A stretch of 64,000 nucleotides of DNA from Eledone cirrhosa (GCA_964016885.1 OZ024741.1:139810001-139874000); one strand, 5' to 3'. Positions 1-15,296 are shown, numbered from the stretch's first letter. Program-made: numbers and translations. Notes: generated by a model not told the origin, from the sequence alone.

Positions 1-171
1 CGACTATACATCAAAAGAACATAAAGATAATTTGAATGAAGCCCTATTGTTTTTATTGTAGTTGCTGGTGTATAAGTGATTGCTGTTTAGTTTATAATCA
101 CAGAGTTATGCATATATAGGAAGAAAAATAAACATACGCTCTCTTCTCACTCGCTCTATTTTTCTCTCACC

Positions 172-628
<457 letters not shown>

Positions 629-779
629 ATACTTTGGGAGGGTCATGTTGCCAATAAGAAACACACGCACCAGTTGCTTTCACTTCAATTTAATTTAATA
701 TATATTTATAAATTTACAAATTTATAAATTTCTGGTTGGTTGGTTGGTTCCACAACCAGATAGTTGTTTATATATATAT

Positions 780-824
780 AGTCATAGTTCTTTCGTCACA
801 CACTCTGTGACCTCTTCAGTGACT
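780..824 (-). ncRNA. Minimal type I hammerhead ribozyme (inverted copy)
   Basis: Reverse complement of 3891-3935. Confidence 0.8.
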
Positions 825-1128
825 GGGGATTTCTTTCTTCGTTTCTGTGCCTTTCCTTTCTTCTATCCTACGCCATTTTGTTTGTGTGTGGGTTGCGTGC
901 TCAGTTTGCGCATGCGCCACATCCGGGTGTCTGTGTGTGTTTGTGTTCATTTTTCTATTTTTCTATTTTTATATTTATATTTGTTTGTTTATTTATTTAT
1001 TTATTGTTGGTTGGTTGTTTGTTCTATGTGTGTGTGTGTTTTCATTTTGTCTTGTGTGTGTTTTCATTTTGTGTGTGTTTTCAATTGTAAGTTGTTTATA
1101 TATGTGTGTGTGTGTTTTCATTTTGTCC

Positions 1129-2010
1129 TTAATTGTAAGTTGTGATGTTGCTGTTCCACTCATATTTTCTATTTAATTTTGGTTTTAATTCTTTTATGCT
1201 TACTGCCTCTGTAATTTGCCTAAACATTGCGTCTTTCTTGTGTGTGGATTCTATTTTTATTTCTATGCTCTCTAATTTACCCCTGTGTTCTATCTTAGCA
1301 TGTTGGTAGAGCACAGATGATTCTTTACTATCTTGGAGGTCTCGCCAGTGTTCATTTATTCGTTCCCCTATACTACGAGCTGTCTCACCTATGTACACTA
1401 TATTTTTGTTTCTACATTGTCCCTCAGTACATCTTATGCTATATACTACATTTCTAGTTTTACAGTTAATATGGGGGCTTATTTTACAGGTTATACATTT
1501 CTTATCTATACATGAGGGTCTTTGGAACGGGTATGTCTTGCTAATAAGTGTTTTTACGGAGGTACCAGGTCTTTCTACTATCTTAATATTGAGATTATGT
1601 TTCTTTAGGGCCCTTCTAAATTTGTAGGCTAGTTCACCTCTAGGGGTTGTATTGATGAACATTACACTCTGGTATTTATTGCTATCATACCATGAGTTTA
1701 TTCTATTGGCCTTGTTCTTAGTTCTTTCTATTCTATTCCAAAATTTGCTCCTATACAAGGGGCAGGTCCCATTTATGTCATTATTTACCATTTTTTCCCA
1801 TTTGGTTCTGGCTCCTTTATACACTCTGATTCTATCTCTCTGATTGTAGCCAGAGAACTGCATACGGTGGATGAAGTGTTGTATGTGTCTCTCTAGTTCT
1901 TCGGGGTTGCACATGCGGGACACATTTCTCATCACCCGTATCAAATCCGCAATCAGTATGTTGATTTTGGTATGGTCCGAAATGGCCGTCGAAATGATCA
2001 GCGAGAGCAA
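1129..2010 (-). pseudogene. Inverted duplicate of PLE thumb + GIY-YIG coding region
   Basis: Translation identical to the C-terminal part of 1871-3586 from AISDHTKINIL onward. Confidence 0.92.
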
Positions 2011-3586
2011 GGTTGAGTTCCGTGGGATTGATACCAGTGAGCTGGGACTTCTACTTAAGCTTACCCATAGTAATAGTTACCTAGACACTTATGACCTTAG
2101 CAACCTGTGCCCTACAAAACCAGCAAGAGGCAGACCACCTACCATTACCTCAATGGCCAAGAAAACCCACACAGATAGATGGAACGGGTGGACCAGAGCC
2201 ATACGGACACCCGAAAACCACGATGAACTGAAGAAAATGATTGCACATGCGGTAGGGGCCAGCATAAAATTAACCCTTAAGGAACATATGTTCAAATTTA
2301 ATGGTAAAACATATGCCCAAGAGGAAGGAGCAGCCATTGGTGTTAGCATTGCAGGCGACATAGCTAACTTGTTCATGGTATGGTGGGACAGTAGACTTAA
2401 ACAAAAACTTAAAGAACAATTAGAAGACAGATTAACCCTGATAATGTACTCCCGCTACGTAGATGATATAAACATCGTAGTTAAGACACCCCCACTAAAG
2501 AACAGTCAGGAACCTGAGAAAAACACAATGGAAAGCATCCAGCAAATAGCAAACTCCATCCACCAGAGCATTAGAGTTACTATAGACTACCCAAGTAGAC
2601 ACCCCAACCATCGATTACCTGTACTAGACACAGAGCTCTGGTTAGATACTATTAACAACCAAAAACAAATCCTCCATTCCCATTATGCCAAACCCATGAC
2701 TTCCAAACATCTGATCCACCGAAACTCGGCCATTTCGGACCATACCAAAATCAACATACTGATTGCGGATTTGATACGGGTGATGAGAAATGTGTCCCGC
2801 ATGTGCAACCCCGAAGAACTAGAGAGACACATACAACACTTCATCCACCGTATGCAGTTCTCTGGCTACAATCAGAGAGATAGAATCAGAGTGTATAAAG
2901 GAGCCAGAACCAAATGGGAAAAAATGGTAAATAATGACATAAATGGGACCTGCCCCTTGTATAGGAGCAAATTTTGGAATAGAATAGAAAGAACTAAGAA
3001 CAAGGCCAATAGAATAAACTCATGGTATGATAGCAATAAATACCAGAGTGTAATGTTCATCAATACAACCCCTAGAGGTGAACTAGCCTACAAATTTAGA
3101 AGGGCCCTAAAGAAACATAATCTCAATATTAAGATAGTAGAAAGACCTGGTACCTCCGTAAAAACACTTATTAGCAAGACATACCCGTTCCAAAGACCCT
3201 CATGTATAGATAAGAAATGTATAACCTGTAAAATAAGCCCCCATATTAACTGTAAAACTAGAAATGTAGTATATAGCATAAGATGTACTGAGGGACAATG
3301 TAGAAACAAAAATATAGTGTACATAGGTGAGACAGCTCGTAGTATAGGGGAACGAATAAATGAACACTGGCGAGACCTCCAAGATAGTAAAGAATCATCT
3401 GTGCTCTACCAACATGCTAAGATAGAACACAGGGGTAAATTAGAGAGCATAGAAATAAAAATAGAATCCACACACAAGAAAGACGCAATGTTTAGGCAAA
3501 TTACAGAGGCAGTAAGCATAAAAGAATTAAAACCAAAATTAAATAGAAAATATGAGTGGAACAGCAACATCACAACTTACAATTAA
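1871..3586 (+). CDS. PLE reverse transcriptase (N-terminally truncated) + GIY-YIG endonuclease
   Basis: Motif B QEEGAAIGVSIAG, motif C YSRYVDD, LPVLD, thumb, Cys linker CIDKKCITC, NVVYSIRC..YIGETARSIGERINEH, EA..LNRK. The first ~39 aa are antisense read-through from the inverted arm; true homology starts ~1989, downstream of RT motif A, so the RT is probably inactive. Confidence 0.9.
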   Translation: MKCCMCLSSSSGLHMRDTFLITRIKSAISMLILVWSEMAVEMISESKVEFRGIDTSELGLLLKLTHSNSYLDTYDLSNLCPTKPARGRPPTITSMAKKTHTDRWNGWTRAIRTPENHDELKKMIAHAVGASIKLTLKEHMFKFNGKTYAQEEGAAIGVSIAGDIANLFMVWWDSRLKQKLKEQLEDRLTLIMYSRYVDDINIVVKTPPLKNSQEPEKNTMESIQQIANSIHQSIRVTIDYPSRHPNHRLPVLDTELWLDTINNQKQILHSHYAKPMTSKHLIHRNSAISDHTKINILIADLIRVMRNVSRMCNPEELERHIQHFIHRMQFSGYNQRDRIRVYKGARTKWEKMVNNDINGTCPLYRSKFWNRIERTKNKANRINSWYDSNKYQSVMFINTTPRGELAYKFRRALKKHNLNIKIVERPGTSVKTLISKTYPFQRPSCIDKKCITCKISPHINCKTRNVVYSIRCTEGQCRNKNIVYIGETARSIGERINEHWRDLQDSKESSVLYQHAKIEHRGKLESIEIKIESTHKKDAMFRQITEAVSIKELKPKLNRKYEWNSNITTYN

Positions 3587-3890
3587 GGACAAAATGAAAA
3601 CACACACACACATATATAAACAACTTACAATTGAAAACACACACAAAATGAAAACACACACAAGACAAAATGAAAACACACACACACATAGAACAAACAA
3701 CCAACCAACAATAAATAAATAAATAAACAAACAAATATAAATATAAAAATAGAAAAATAGAAAAATGAACACAAACACACACAGACACCCGGATGTGGCG
3801 CATGCGCAAACTGAGCACGCAACCCACACACAAACAAAATGGCGTAGGATAGAAGAAAGGAAAGGCACAGAAACGAAGAAAGAAATCCCC

Positions 3891-3935
3891 AGTCACTGAA
3901 GAGGTCACAGAGTGTGTGACGAAAGAACTATGACT
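3891..3935 (+). ncRNA. Minimal type I hammerhead ribozyme in PLE 3' UTR/pLTR
   Basis: agtca-CTGAAGA-g-gtcac(agagtgt)gtgac-GAAA-gaac-TA-tgact: stem I agtca/tgact, stem II gtcac/gtgac, vestigial stem III, CUA site. Confidence 0.82.
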
Positions 3936-4589
3936 ATATATATATAAACAACTATCTGGTTGTGGAACCAACCAACCAACCAGAAATTTATAAATTTGTA
4001 AATTTATAAATATATATTAAATTAAATTGAAGTGAAAGCAACTGGTGCGTGTGTTTCTTATTGGCAACATGACCCTCCCAAAGTATAACAATATCGGTTT
4101 CAACACACGATTTCAGATAAAGAATCTTGCTAAACAAATTCAGAAACGAAATATATATATATATATATACATGTATGGAAGTATGTATACAACTAATTAA
4201 GTCAACAAAGTATTTACGTTCGTATAAGTGTACGTGTTTATAGCCTATGTGTGAGTGTGTGGGGGGTTGAGTGTATAGCCGTGTAAGTATGTTGATACCA
4301 AATTGTGATAGTTTACATTGCAGTTGATTGTCACAGATATACATAATTTTGCGTTGTTGTTATTGTTTATTTGATGTACATAAACTTTAAATTCAATTTC
4401 TTATCAGCTTCAGACAATTGGGTTTTCATCAAAACAGCCTTGTTTATTATCTCCACCATTCTAAATCATTTATTTCTTGCTACTCCAGTTATATTTAGAG
4501 TTGAAAGTTTAAGCTATTTTGTATCACACTCTACTACCTGGGCATGAAAACACGAGGGAGATAAATAAAATAATAATTGTTTCTACTTT

Positions 4590-4676
4590 AGGCTCAAGGC
4601 CAGCAATTCACCAGTGCATTACTGGTACTTTATTTTATGGAACCCGTAAGGATGAAAGGCAAAATCAACCTCGGCG
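4590..4676 (+). repeat. Fragment of a high-copy SINE-like dispersed repeat
   Basis: ctggtactttatttt...aaggatgaaaggcaaaatcaacctcggcg; related copies at ~6245-6380 and ~8075-8220. Confidence 0.6.
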
Positions 4677-4824
4677 TAAAATAATAATAGCATGATATTA
4701 ACAGCGTCAATCTCATGTACATGTTTATATAAGCAATGCACATTAATTTTTAATTTATCAGTGCATTGCGACGCTCATAAATATTCATATTTAAGTCTGT
4801 CTGCTTGAATTAATATATTTACAA

Positions 4825-4916
<92 letters not shown>

Positions 4917-4919
<3 letters not shown>

Positions 4920-5022
4920 TGTTTACTTGCCAACACAAGAGCAAGAATGAGGTGTTCATTCTATTGGCATGGCTTAAAAGAGGCTTGTTTTCAAAACTGC
5001 AAACGAATTGAACATAACTGAG

Positions 5023-5093
<71 letters not shown>

Positions 5094-5094
5094 A

Positions 5095-5134
<40 letters not shown>

Positions 5135-5196
5135 TTTAAGCCATGTCAGTAGAATGAACCCCTCATTCTTGATCTTGTGTTGGCATGTAAACAGAA
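4917..5196. repeat. Short fold-back element: ~63-bp imperfect inverted repeats around (CA)n(CT)n
   Basis: ttctgtttacttgccaacacaagagcaagaatgagg.. mirrored by ..cctcattcttgatcttgtgttggcatgtaaacagaa; begins directly after (TA)n. Confidence 0.75.
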
Positions 5197-5926
5197 CTGC
5201 AGACACTAAAGTATATATGTGCAGCAATATATATGTATCTGTATATACGTGTGTTTTGTGTATATAGGTATGTATGCATATGTGTGTGTACATATATAAT
5301 TATATGTATATAAGTGTAGGCATAATATCTGATATGCAATAATTCTACCAAACTCGTTCTACGTCATCAATTGACGTCTGTTTCTAACAAAGTATTCAAT
5401 CGGATCCACATACCTGGTATTTTACAGGATGAATCTCGTATTGTATAATGGCCATGAGATTATAGGTGTTTCCTGCATTTGACGCAACAGAAAAGCTTTT
5501 TCTCTAATATGTTTAGCAGGCATTCTGCGGCTGGATGCCAACCACTTCACAAGGCCCACTGGGTCGTTATTGTATCGTATGGCGTGTTCTTTTCACATCT
5601 GAAGATATTTTCAGACCCATTTTTCTATTGGTATCTATTGCTGAACACCGTTCCTATCCTCAAAACCTTTACTAGGTGTGCCGTGTAGATTTATTGTTAA
5701 TTCGGCAAGGAATGTAACATGAAAGTATATTTTACGTTTGAGTGTTTCCTTCATTAGAAATTGCTAGTTGCACCTTATCTTGAACATCCTTATTCGATTA
5801 CACATTATTGCTGCTGTTGAATAAATAATATCAATTACCATTATCTAAAATGAGTCATGTAAATAAGAAATGATTTATTCTAAAAGATATGCGATAGCCA
5901 ATCTGTTGATTTGTTATTTGCACAAA

Positions 5927-8278
5927 TCTCTGAAATTAATCCTATTAATACTGAATATATTTCCCCCTCCTTCTTCACACTATCATATTAGGATACTCTA
6001 TTATTTTTAGGGTTTTCTTTACAGTTTTCAGGCTTTAATCTGCGGTCATGCTTGGACAGTAACTTGATTTAGTCGGTCATATTATCAATCTCTTAATTTG
6101 TTTATGGAGCAGCTAATTTACCGCCATATGTACAGGCACCATGATACGGATTCTGTCTACCAAATTCCATTCTCAAGGAAATTGTTGAGTAGTGGGAGTT
6201 AAGCTACATCCTCGCAGTTCCCTTACCCACATTGCCATGTCAAGTTTTCTAATTTTGGCACAAGACCACCAGACTTTGCTGTAGCGGAAAATCAATTATA
6301 TCAACCTGTGTTTGATTGGTACTTTATTTCATCGACCCCTGAAGGATAAAAGGTAACCTTGACATCAGCGTGACTGGAACGTAGATCATACGGAACTCTG
6401 ACTAGCGAACATAACCCATTTTATTCGAGACTTTAAGGATTCTGTCAATCCCACCTCCGTCATTTTGTAAGATTAGTGTTCCAATTTTATCAAGTGATTG
6501 GCCTGCTCGTGATTTATGTTTCAAGTGGCTGAGCATTTCAAAATCTCTTGACATTTAACTTTAATTCTCGTATAAATTCAGCGTGAGAGGATATGATGCA
6601 AGACTAATCCTTTGAATTACATATACAATCTATTTGACGGGCTTCCAAACCATTTCCATGAAGCCAATTTCATTCACATGGTCTGAATTGACCCGGGGTT
6701 ATGTTAAATGGCTGTTGCCAAGGCTGGTACACGTTAGTATCGAACTTGGACCTAATAATTATGAAGCGAACATCCTAAACATTCGGCCATCCTACGTACC
6801 ATTTAACAATATTGTAATAAGATTCATTATGTTAAGACAATGACGTGTTTAGTTTGATAAACACTTTCTGCCATGCACATCGTAGTCTGTATTGATTTGG
6901 CAACAAACTTAGACGTTTATTTCCTTTGTACTTGTTTTTATTTTGGCCACTTTGATAGAATAATTTTGGAACATTATTATTTTCTATTATAATCCTGGCA
7001 CTGGGCCACCGATTAACAACAGTCCTGAGGAAATACAAAACAATGCATTTACTCTCTATACACATCCTCATTAGGGGGTGAGCTGTAAATTCAGCATAAT
7101 AGAAGAGTAGAGCAGGTGAAGGAAGAGGAAATGAATAAGTAGAATGCGAAGAATTAGAAGATAAAGGAGAAGTAGGTAAGTGGAAGAAGGCGGAAGAAAA
7201 CAGGATGTTTAGAAGAAAGAGAAAGAGAAGGATAAGAATGAAGAAAAAGAGAAAGTAGGGGACGGAACATTAGGAGGAATAAAAGATGAAAACGGTGAAG
7301 TAGAATGAAGAATGTAAGAAAGAGGAGTAAAAAATAATGATGGAAGAACAACTATAACAGCACAATAAACATAACACAAGAAATCATCAATAACTCAACA
7401 TCGTCTTCAAGAACAATAAAATACGTCAACAACAATAAAAGTTATCAACAACAATAAAAGTCATCAACAACAATAAAAGCAACAATAACAATAAAACCAA
7501 CCACCAACAATCTATTCAAGATAAAGTCTATACATGCGACATCTCCGTCAACGAATCCTATCCAATATTCTTACCACATTGATGAAAGTTTCTCCCTTAA
7601 ATGACTTGATCACATGTCATGATCACGTGTTAAACTATTTCTGCTATGGTTTAATGGTTACAATCTTCGGCTCACCATCTTAAAATCCTGAGATCGAATC
7701 CCAGCTCTCCCTTGAGAGAAAAAATAGTTTATTTCACCTTTCTGAACACACCATCTCTGAAATTAATCCTATTAATACTGAATATCTTCCCCCACTCCAT
7801 GTTCACACTATCATATGATGATACTCTATTACTTTTAGTTCTTTTTTCACTGGTTTCAACCATTAGTCTGCTAATATGCTTGGACAGTAACTTGATTTAG
7901 TCACTCATATTATCAATCCCTTAATGTTTGTATCGAACGGCTAACTTACCGGCCGTAGGTACAGACAAAGGCACACTGATGCGGCTTCTGCCTACCAAAT
8001 TCCACTCACAAGGAAATTGCTGAGTAGTGGGATGAACATACATCCTCGCAGTTGCCTTACCCACATTGCCATGTCAAGTTTTCTAATTTTGGCGAAAAGA
8101 CCAGCAGTCTTTTGTGTAGCGGAAAATCAATTATATCAACCTCAGACTTTGATTGGTACTTTATTTCATCGACTCCTGAAGGATGAAAGGTAACCCTGAC
8201 ATGAGCGTGCCTTGAACGCAGAGCTTTCGGAGCGGTGACCGGTGAACATAAGCCATTTTGTCCGAGATTTAAAGGAAT
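5927..8278 (+). repeat. Diverged ~510-bp direct duplication (5927-6440 and 7753-8278) containing SINE-like fragments
   Basis: Shared atctctgaaattaatcctattaatactgaatat...ccttacccacattgccatgtcaagttttctaattttggc...gaacataa in both copies. Confidence 0.8.
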
Positions 8279-9832
8279 CCGGCTCGTTCACTCCAACAAC
8301 TCCCAACTCTACTCTCAATCGATCATCGTGTTTTGACTATTTACTATTTTCTTTTATCTTTTTGTATATATTTTTTTAAATTCCTTTCTAAATTTGCGCA
8401 TGTATATACGAGAGATTCTGCAGTGTCTAAGGCAAGCAAAGGCTGAATTAGAAGATACTTATTGAGATTTCCGAGTAGAGTAAATGCGCACCGAAAACTT
8501 TATCCATGCCTGTATTCAATATTTACAAATATATTCTAAGCCATAGCGTGTGTAAATTGTAACATTTGAAATATGAACCATTTAGAATGTTCACTAAGCT
8601 GGTAAGATTGATGTAGTCTCGGCGATTATATGATTTTAAAATTAAATTCGAAACATTGCTGAGATCAGAAACTATCAAAGCAACCAGGATATTTAATTTA
8701 AATACTTCAGATAAAAACTAATAACATACAAACCAAATTTTAATAATATTAGCTTTATAAAATTATTATTTCTAAATACCCGTCAGGAAGTAGATGCATG
8801 GAAACATATTTTGGAAATTATTTCCACGTTATTAAATCTGAAATGATATAAAACTATGTACATTAAATGATTTGCAGACCATAAAACAGATGATTTACAC
8901 TTTATATATAAGTTATTTAGTTAACGAAAAAAAATAATAATAATAATTTGATCACTCCTCAGATGATTTAATAAAGTGACTTACTTTATTTTGGCGTAAA
9001 CTTTTAAAATAAGTTTCATTCTCCTTGAAAAGATTATTAAGATATGCCTAAATGTAATTGCGTGTGTGGAACTAAGCCAAAAATGAACACATACGTTCAC
9101 TCAAGCAGAGCATGTTTGTTTGTGTGGGCCTGCATCACTACATAGCCCCACACAGTGTTTCGACTTGAATCTCACACCGTGGTAATGTGCGTTATCTTAT
9201 AACGAAGACTCATATTGAGTTGCTCCTTGAAGGTTTATTAGTTTTAATGTCAAAGCAACACTCCTTAGGATCCAGTTTCGATTCATCTTCGTGGTATTTT
9301 GAGCACGTGTCATTTAGCATAGCGCCGAGTTGTGCCTGTCTATAAGAGTGAAAGTGAATAGACGGAAACTGTTTGTAACATCATTGAATGGACTCTAACT
9401 CTGATTTTAAGGGACAGCCTTGTCATTTCGAGAAATTAAGGCGGTAAAGCCTGAAAATTCTGCAGACATATGAACATTTTTTTTAGATTTTGTGATATTT
9501 ATTTAGGTTGAAAATACGTAGTTTTCCATGGGAATCTTTAAATTAGGTGTAGAACTCAGTACTGCAAGTCTACCTGATTAGAGCAGCGTTAAAAAAAGTG
9601 TCTTTCTCGTGACCACAACATGTCACCGGAATTTGAAGACACAACATCTGTAAGACAAGTGATAAAGACCTCAGAGGTGCATCACTTGAAGGGCTAAATA
9701 TTGCTAGTTGCGGGAAAATATGGAGAATTTATGTGTTCCAGAGGGAAAGAAAGAATTTTTTTTAATGTTTGTGTCCGATTTTGTGGGCTGACAAAATGTG
9801 ATAGGTAGAAGAGTTTAGATGACGAATCTGGG

Positions 9833-9867
<35 letters not shown>

Positions 9868-10040
9868 GTGTGGAGATCTATCAGTCAATTCCTAGGAGTA
9901 GAGACCAATATATTAAATGAGGAAGAGACAGAACATTCAAAGGGAGGAAAACGTTGACAAAGAATTTTTTTCTGCACACATCCACACAGGCAAACATCCA
10001 CCCATACACATATACGTATCTATGTATTCATCTATCTATC

Positions 10041-10246
<206 letters not shown>

Positions 10247-10975
10247 TTGAAAGGGACAATATTTATATATGTATAGAAAAAAAGGGGAAGGGAGGAGAAT
10301 GTGACTGTGTTTATATATGTCTTTATAAATTTGTTTCGACGTGCGCCTGATTGATCGAAAACGATTTAAATTTGTTTGGATTAATTATTTATTTTATCGT
10401 CCAAAGTCTCTCTAATAAAAACGCGATTGAAACTGAAAAGTTTGTGTAACGATCCAGCAATTATATTTAATTTCATTCATATATTCCTCAGATGATGATA
10501 TAATTATCGCTCATCTTCTTGAATCTATGTTGGTGTTTTACGATAGTCAGTAAAGAAATCACTGTTTCAGATATTTAGATAGAAATATCTTGCGTCAGAT
10601 TCGTGTTAGACATATATTAATTTTATTCAGATTTAGTATACGAATGTGATTATCTTTTATGTTGATTGTTTATGTCTACCCTTTCAGTTTCAATGGAATA
10701 CTTCACTGTGGGTTTTAGAATACCAATAAACTGTATTAGTAATGCATTTCATAACATTATCCGATTGAATCAGCAAAAACTTATTTCCAATGTCAAGAAC
10801 ATCAGACATTTATTTTTATACAGAATATAGACACCTAAACACACATACACACAAACATATTAAACAAACTCACAAACTATTATTTATACAAACACACGTA
10901 CACAACACACTCACGCACACACACATACACACACACACATGCACACACACACATGCACACACACACACACACATG

Positions 10976-11086
<111 letters not shown>

Positions 11087-11219
11087 GTGTATATATCATA
11101 TATATATATATATATATATTGTCATACTGATTGCGGATTTGGTACGGGTGATGAGAAACGTGTCCCGCATGTGAAACCCCGAAGAACTAGAGAGACACAT
11201 ACAACACTTCATCCACCGT

Positions 11220-11954
11220 ATGCAGTTCTCTGGCTACAATCAAGGAGATAAAATCAGAGTGTATAGAGGAGCCAGAACCAAATGGGAAAAAATGGTAAAT
11301 AATGACATAAATGGGACCTGCCCCTTGTATAGGAGCACATTTTGGAATATAATAGAAAGAACTAGGAACAAGGCTAATAGAATAAACTCATGGTATGATA
11401 GCAATAAATACAAGAGTGTAATGTTCATCGATACAACCCCTAGAGGTGAATTAGCTTACAAATTTAGAAGGGACCTAAATAAACATAAACTCAATATTAA
11501 GATAGTAGAAAGACCAGGTACCTCCGTAAAAACACTCATTAGCAAAACATACCCTTTTCAAAGACCCTCATGTATAGATAAGAAATGTATAACCTGTAAA
11601 ATAAGCTCCCATATTAACTGTAAAACTAGAAATGTAGTGTATAGCATAAGATGTACCGAAGGACAATGTAGAGACAAAAATATAGTGTACATAGGTGAGA
11701 CAGCTCGTAGTGTAGGGGAACTGATAAATGAACACTGGCGAGACCTTCAAGATAGTAAAGAATCATCTGTACTCTACCAACATGCTAAAATAGAACACAG
11801 GGGTAAATTAGAGAACATAGAAATAAAAATAGAATCTACACACAGAAAAGACGCAATGTTTAGACAAATTACAGAGGCAATAAACATAAAAGAATTACAA
11901 CCAAAATTAAATAGAAAATATGAGTGGAACAGCAACATCACAACTTACAATTAA
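11220..11954 (+). pseudogene. PLE thumb/linker + GIY-YIG endonuclease fragment
   Basis: Near-identical to the C-terminus of 1871-3586 (NVVYSIRC..YIGETARS). Confidence 0.9.
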
Positions 11955-12154
11955 GGACAACATTAAAACACACACACACATAGAACAAACAACCAACCAG
12001 TAACATGTAAATAAACAAATAAATAAATGAACATAAACACACACAGACACCCGGATGTGGCGCATGCGCAGACTGAGCACACAACACACACACAAAAACA
12101 AAATGGCGTAGGACAGAACAAAGGAGAGGCACAGAAACAAAGAAAGGAATCCCC

Positions 12155-12198
12155 AGTCACTGAAGAGGCCACAGAGTGTATGACGAAAGAACTATGAC
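12155..12198 (+). ncRNA. Minimal HHR, stem II partly decayed
   Basis: agtca-CTGAAGA-ggccacagagtgtatgac-GAAA-gaac-TA-tgac; homologous to 3891-3935. Confidence 0.6.
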
Positions 12199-12398
12199 AA
12201 TATATAAACAACTATCTGGTTGTGGAACCAACCTACCAACCAGACATTTATAAAGTTATAAATTTATTATAATAAATTGAAGTGAAAGCAACTGGTGCGT
12301 GTGTTTCTTATTGGCAACATGACCCTCCTAAATTATAACAATATCGGTTTCAACACACGATTTCAGATAAAGAATCTTGCTAAACAAATTCAGAAACG

Positions 12399-12510
<112 letters not shown>

Positions 12511-13211
12511 AAGTATGCACACCTATGTATTCTGCTATGCTAGAACAAGAAATAAAATACAATTCTAATTATATATATATATATATACATGATTATTCAA
12601 GTACATGACCGTTGATTGATCAATTAATCGAACGTTCGTAGTGTAAACATCATAGACACTCCACGTGGTATTTCCTTTATAGTATTATTTATAATGAATC
12701 AGAGACAGCGTGTAAATATTATAAAGAAGAAAAACTGTTTATGTGTACGTCCTCTAATTATTATATAATCCAATTATGCGCATTTCAAAGACATGAAAGT
12801 GTTTGCATAATAACGATTTAATGTGATTTTATTTGGCGGTTGTAAAGTAGTAATCTTTTTCCTTTTTGATAAGCCAACTGCAGATTCGAACAGGGTGATA
12901 GCAGTTCGGCTACAATGAGCATATGATGTACAGAATGGTGGCTGTAGGCAAGCATAGTGTGGGGGAAAAATACCCTGTGTTAAAAGTCTCGCACTAGTCA
13001 CTAGACTAAAGTGTCTAATTACTAGGTATCTCAGTCAATACAATTTACATTGGTTAAATAGTTAGTTTGATAAATTTACTTATTTATTTATTAATTTTCG
13101 TAGCTGCTGGCCGAGCAATCAGACTCAAAAACATTCGTCAACTTTCCCTGTGGTGAGGGTATATAGAGTTTTCTGTGACTGTGTGTTATATGTTTAAGAA
13201 AGTATGTAGCT

Positions 13212-13297
13212 GGTGTAAGAACGGAATTAAGTATTCATTAAAACAACACAAAGCCGGCCTGGAAAATTTACTTTTAATTCCGCGAAAGTACTATACC
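13212..13297 (+). ncRNA. Decayed HHR-like motif with extended stem II
   Basis: ggtg-(taaga, damaged core)-a-cggaattaagta...tacttttaattccg-c-GAAA-gtac-TA-tacc; palindromic stem III, stem I ggtg/tacc. Confidence 0.4.
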
Positions 13298-13492
13298 TAT
13301 TTTGGTGGACCATCCCTATCATCCGATTATGATGCCAGACAAGAGGATATCATCAAGTGTTATTTCCGGAAGTATATACGTTGAACCAAACTGAGAATGG
13401 AAAATAGAAGATATTAAAAATAGAGAAAGAAAATAGAGGTCTGATTTGACTCGCGGCAGCCTGCCAATTTGGTGTTATATCGATATAAAAAT

Positions 13493-13586
<94 letters not shown>

Positions 13587-13606
13587 ATGTGTGTGTGTGT
13601 GTCTGA

Positions 13607-13645
<39 letters not shown>

Positions 13646-15096
13646 GATAGAGAAAGAGGGAGAGAGAGGAAGAGAAAGAGATACATATATATATATGTAT
13701 GTGTGTGTATATATATGTGTATGTATATATATATGTATGTGTGTGAGTGTGTATGTGCCGTTATAACGGAGTGAGAGCGTGAGAATGGGAGAGAGGATGA
13801 GAGTGAATGAGCAGTGTGTTATTTTTTTTTTTCATTGTTCGTCACTTTCAAGTTTTCATTCATTTGCATAGGATGTCGTTATTTCGTCCTTTTAATTGTA
13901 TAATTGTAATAACTCATTACAATTAATATTATTGTATCAGCACTAAAATATTATTTCATAAATTGTTTAATAAAGGCGACAATATACCCGATTCAAATTG
14001 CTCAAATGCCACATACATGAACATTCATGAAATTGTTACGAGTACTACAGTCGATTATGGCCAATATTTTCAATACCACTAGGTTATGTTAATGATTTAT
14101 TTTCACCTACGACATTTTTACCATTTATGTACTACTACAGTTTGCGGTAAATATATTTTGAAATGTGAGTATAAGTCTGTGTACATGAATCTACAGAAAC
14201 TACTTTAATGTTTAACATCATGAATCGTATGGAGCCATATAAACAAGTCTTATTTGAAATGTATAAACCATGTTATGGCTGCACGACATTAGGAAATAAT
14301 GCCTTTATTCAAATACTACAAATTTTGAGAACGATCTTCTTCTTATAAAAAATATTACAAAAGTTTGAAGTAACAAATTATAGGAAACGATATTAGCAAA
14401 ACATCATTGAGAAGTACAAAACAATACTGTGACTTATCACAGTAAATAGTAGTCTATATCGCAACACTGCACATTTTAGTAAGATGTGTCGACCAAGAGA
14501 TACTCTGTCAAACCTGTCTTTAGATATTTACTATTAAATCATTATAGGATTTAAGAGTTATATTATATGCATTTGACCGTGTATTGCTCATGGCTATATA
14601 TATAATTTGAGTGGTTTTGGGCTGCCATTTCTAGCAGCTCACCCCACTCAAACCACTGCTCTACTGTCTTGTACACGCAATTCCTTCTCCCGCGCGTTAC
14701 AAGGCAGTTACTTTTAGTTCTCTTAGAGTTGTTCCGAATGTATACACCTAACATACGCTGATGAACCTGGGTGAATTCAATTCCAACATTGATTTTCTGG
14801 CGATAAATTCTCTTTGAGTTTGCATGTGTGTGACATAGAGTTATAAAGATGGTTTGTTTCATTTTAATCTATCTCTTTAATTATAATATATCTGCCTCAC
14901 CGTTCGTAATTTATAAGTCCCATACGCTAGTGGTATTCCCTGTAACTTGATAAACGCACATTCTCTCTCTCTCTCTCGTGTGTGATTTCTTCTCTATATT
15001 ATATTTGAAGAGCTCGGGATTCTTGTTCTTTTGAGCTCATGAATACCAGGGACTAACGCGAGTTTCTGACTCAGTTACTTCATTTTGATATATATA

Positions 15097-15136
<40 letters not shown>

Positions 15137-15253
15137 TTGAAATAAAATGAAAACGAAATTTCATTTCTCACACTTAGTACGGCACTTACTTAAATGTAAG
15201 CATGTGTGTATACGTACATACATATATGTATACAGACGTACAGTAGCATGCAC

Positions 15254-15296
<43 letters not shown>

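Noticed and set aside
7100-7510. Purine-rich and (AAC)-rich low-complexity tract
   Set aside because: Degenerate simple repeat with no higher-order structure seen.
11172-11174. In-frame TGA replacing a Cys codon (possible selenocysteine, as reported for some Naiad PLEs)
   Set aside because: Single TGC>TGA in a truncated, diverged copy; the younger copies have TGC, all other Cys codons are normal, and no SECIS was recognised.
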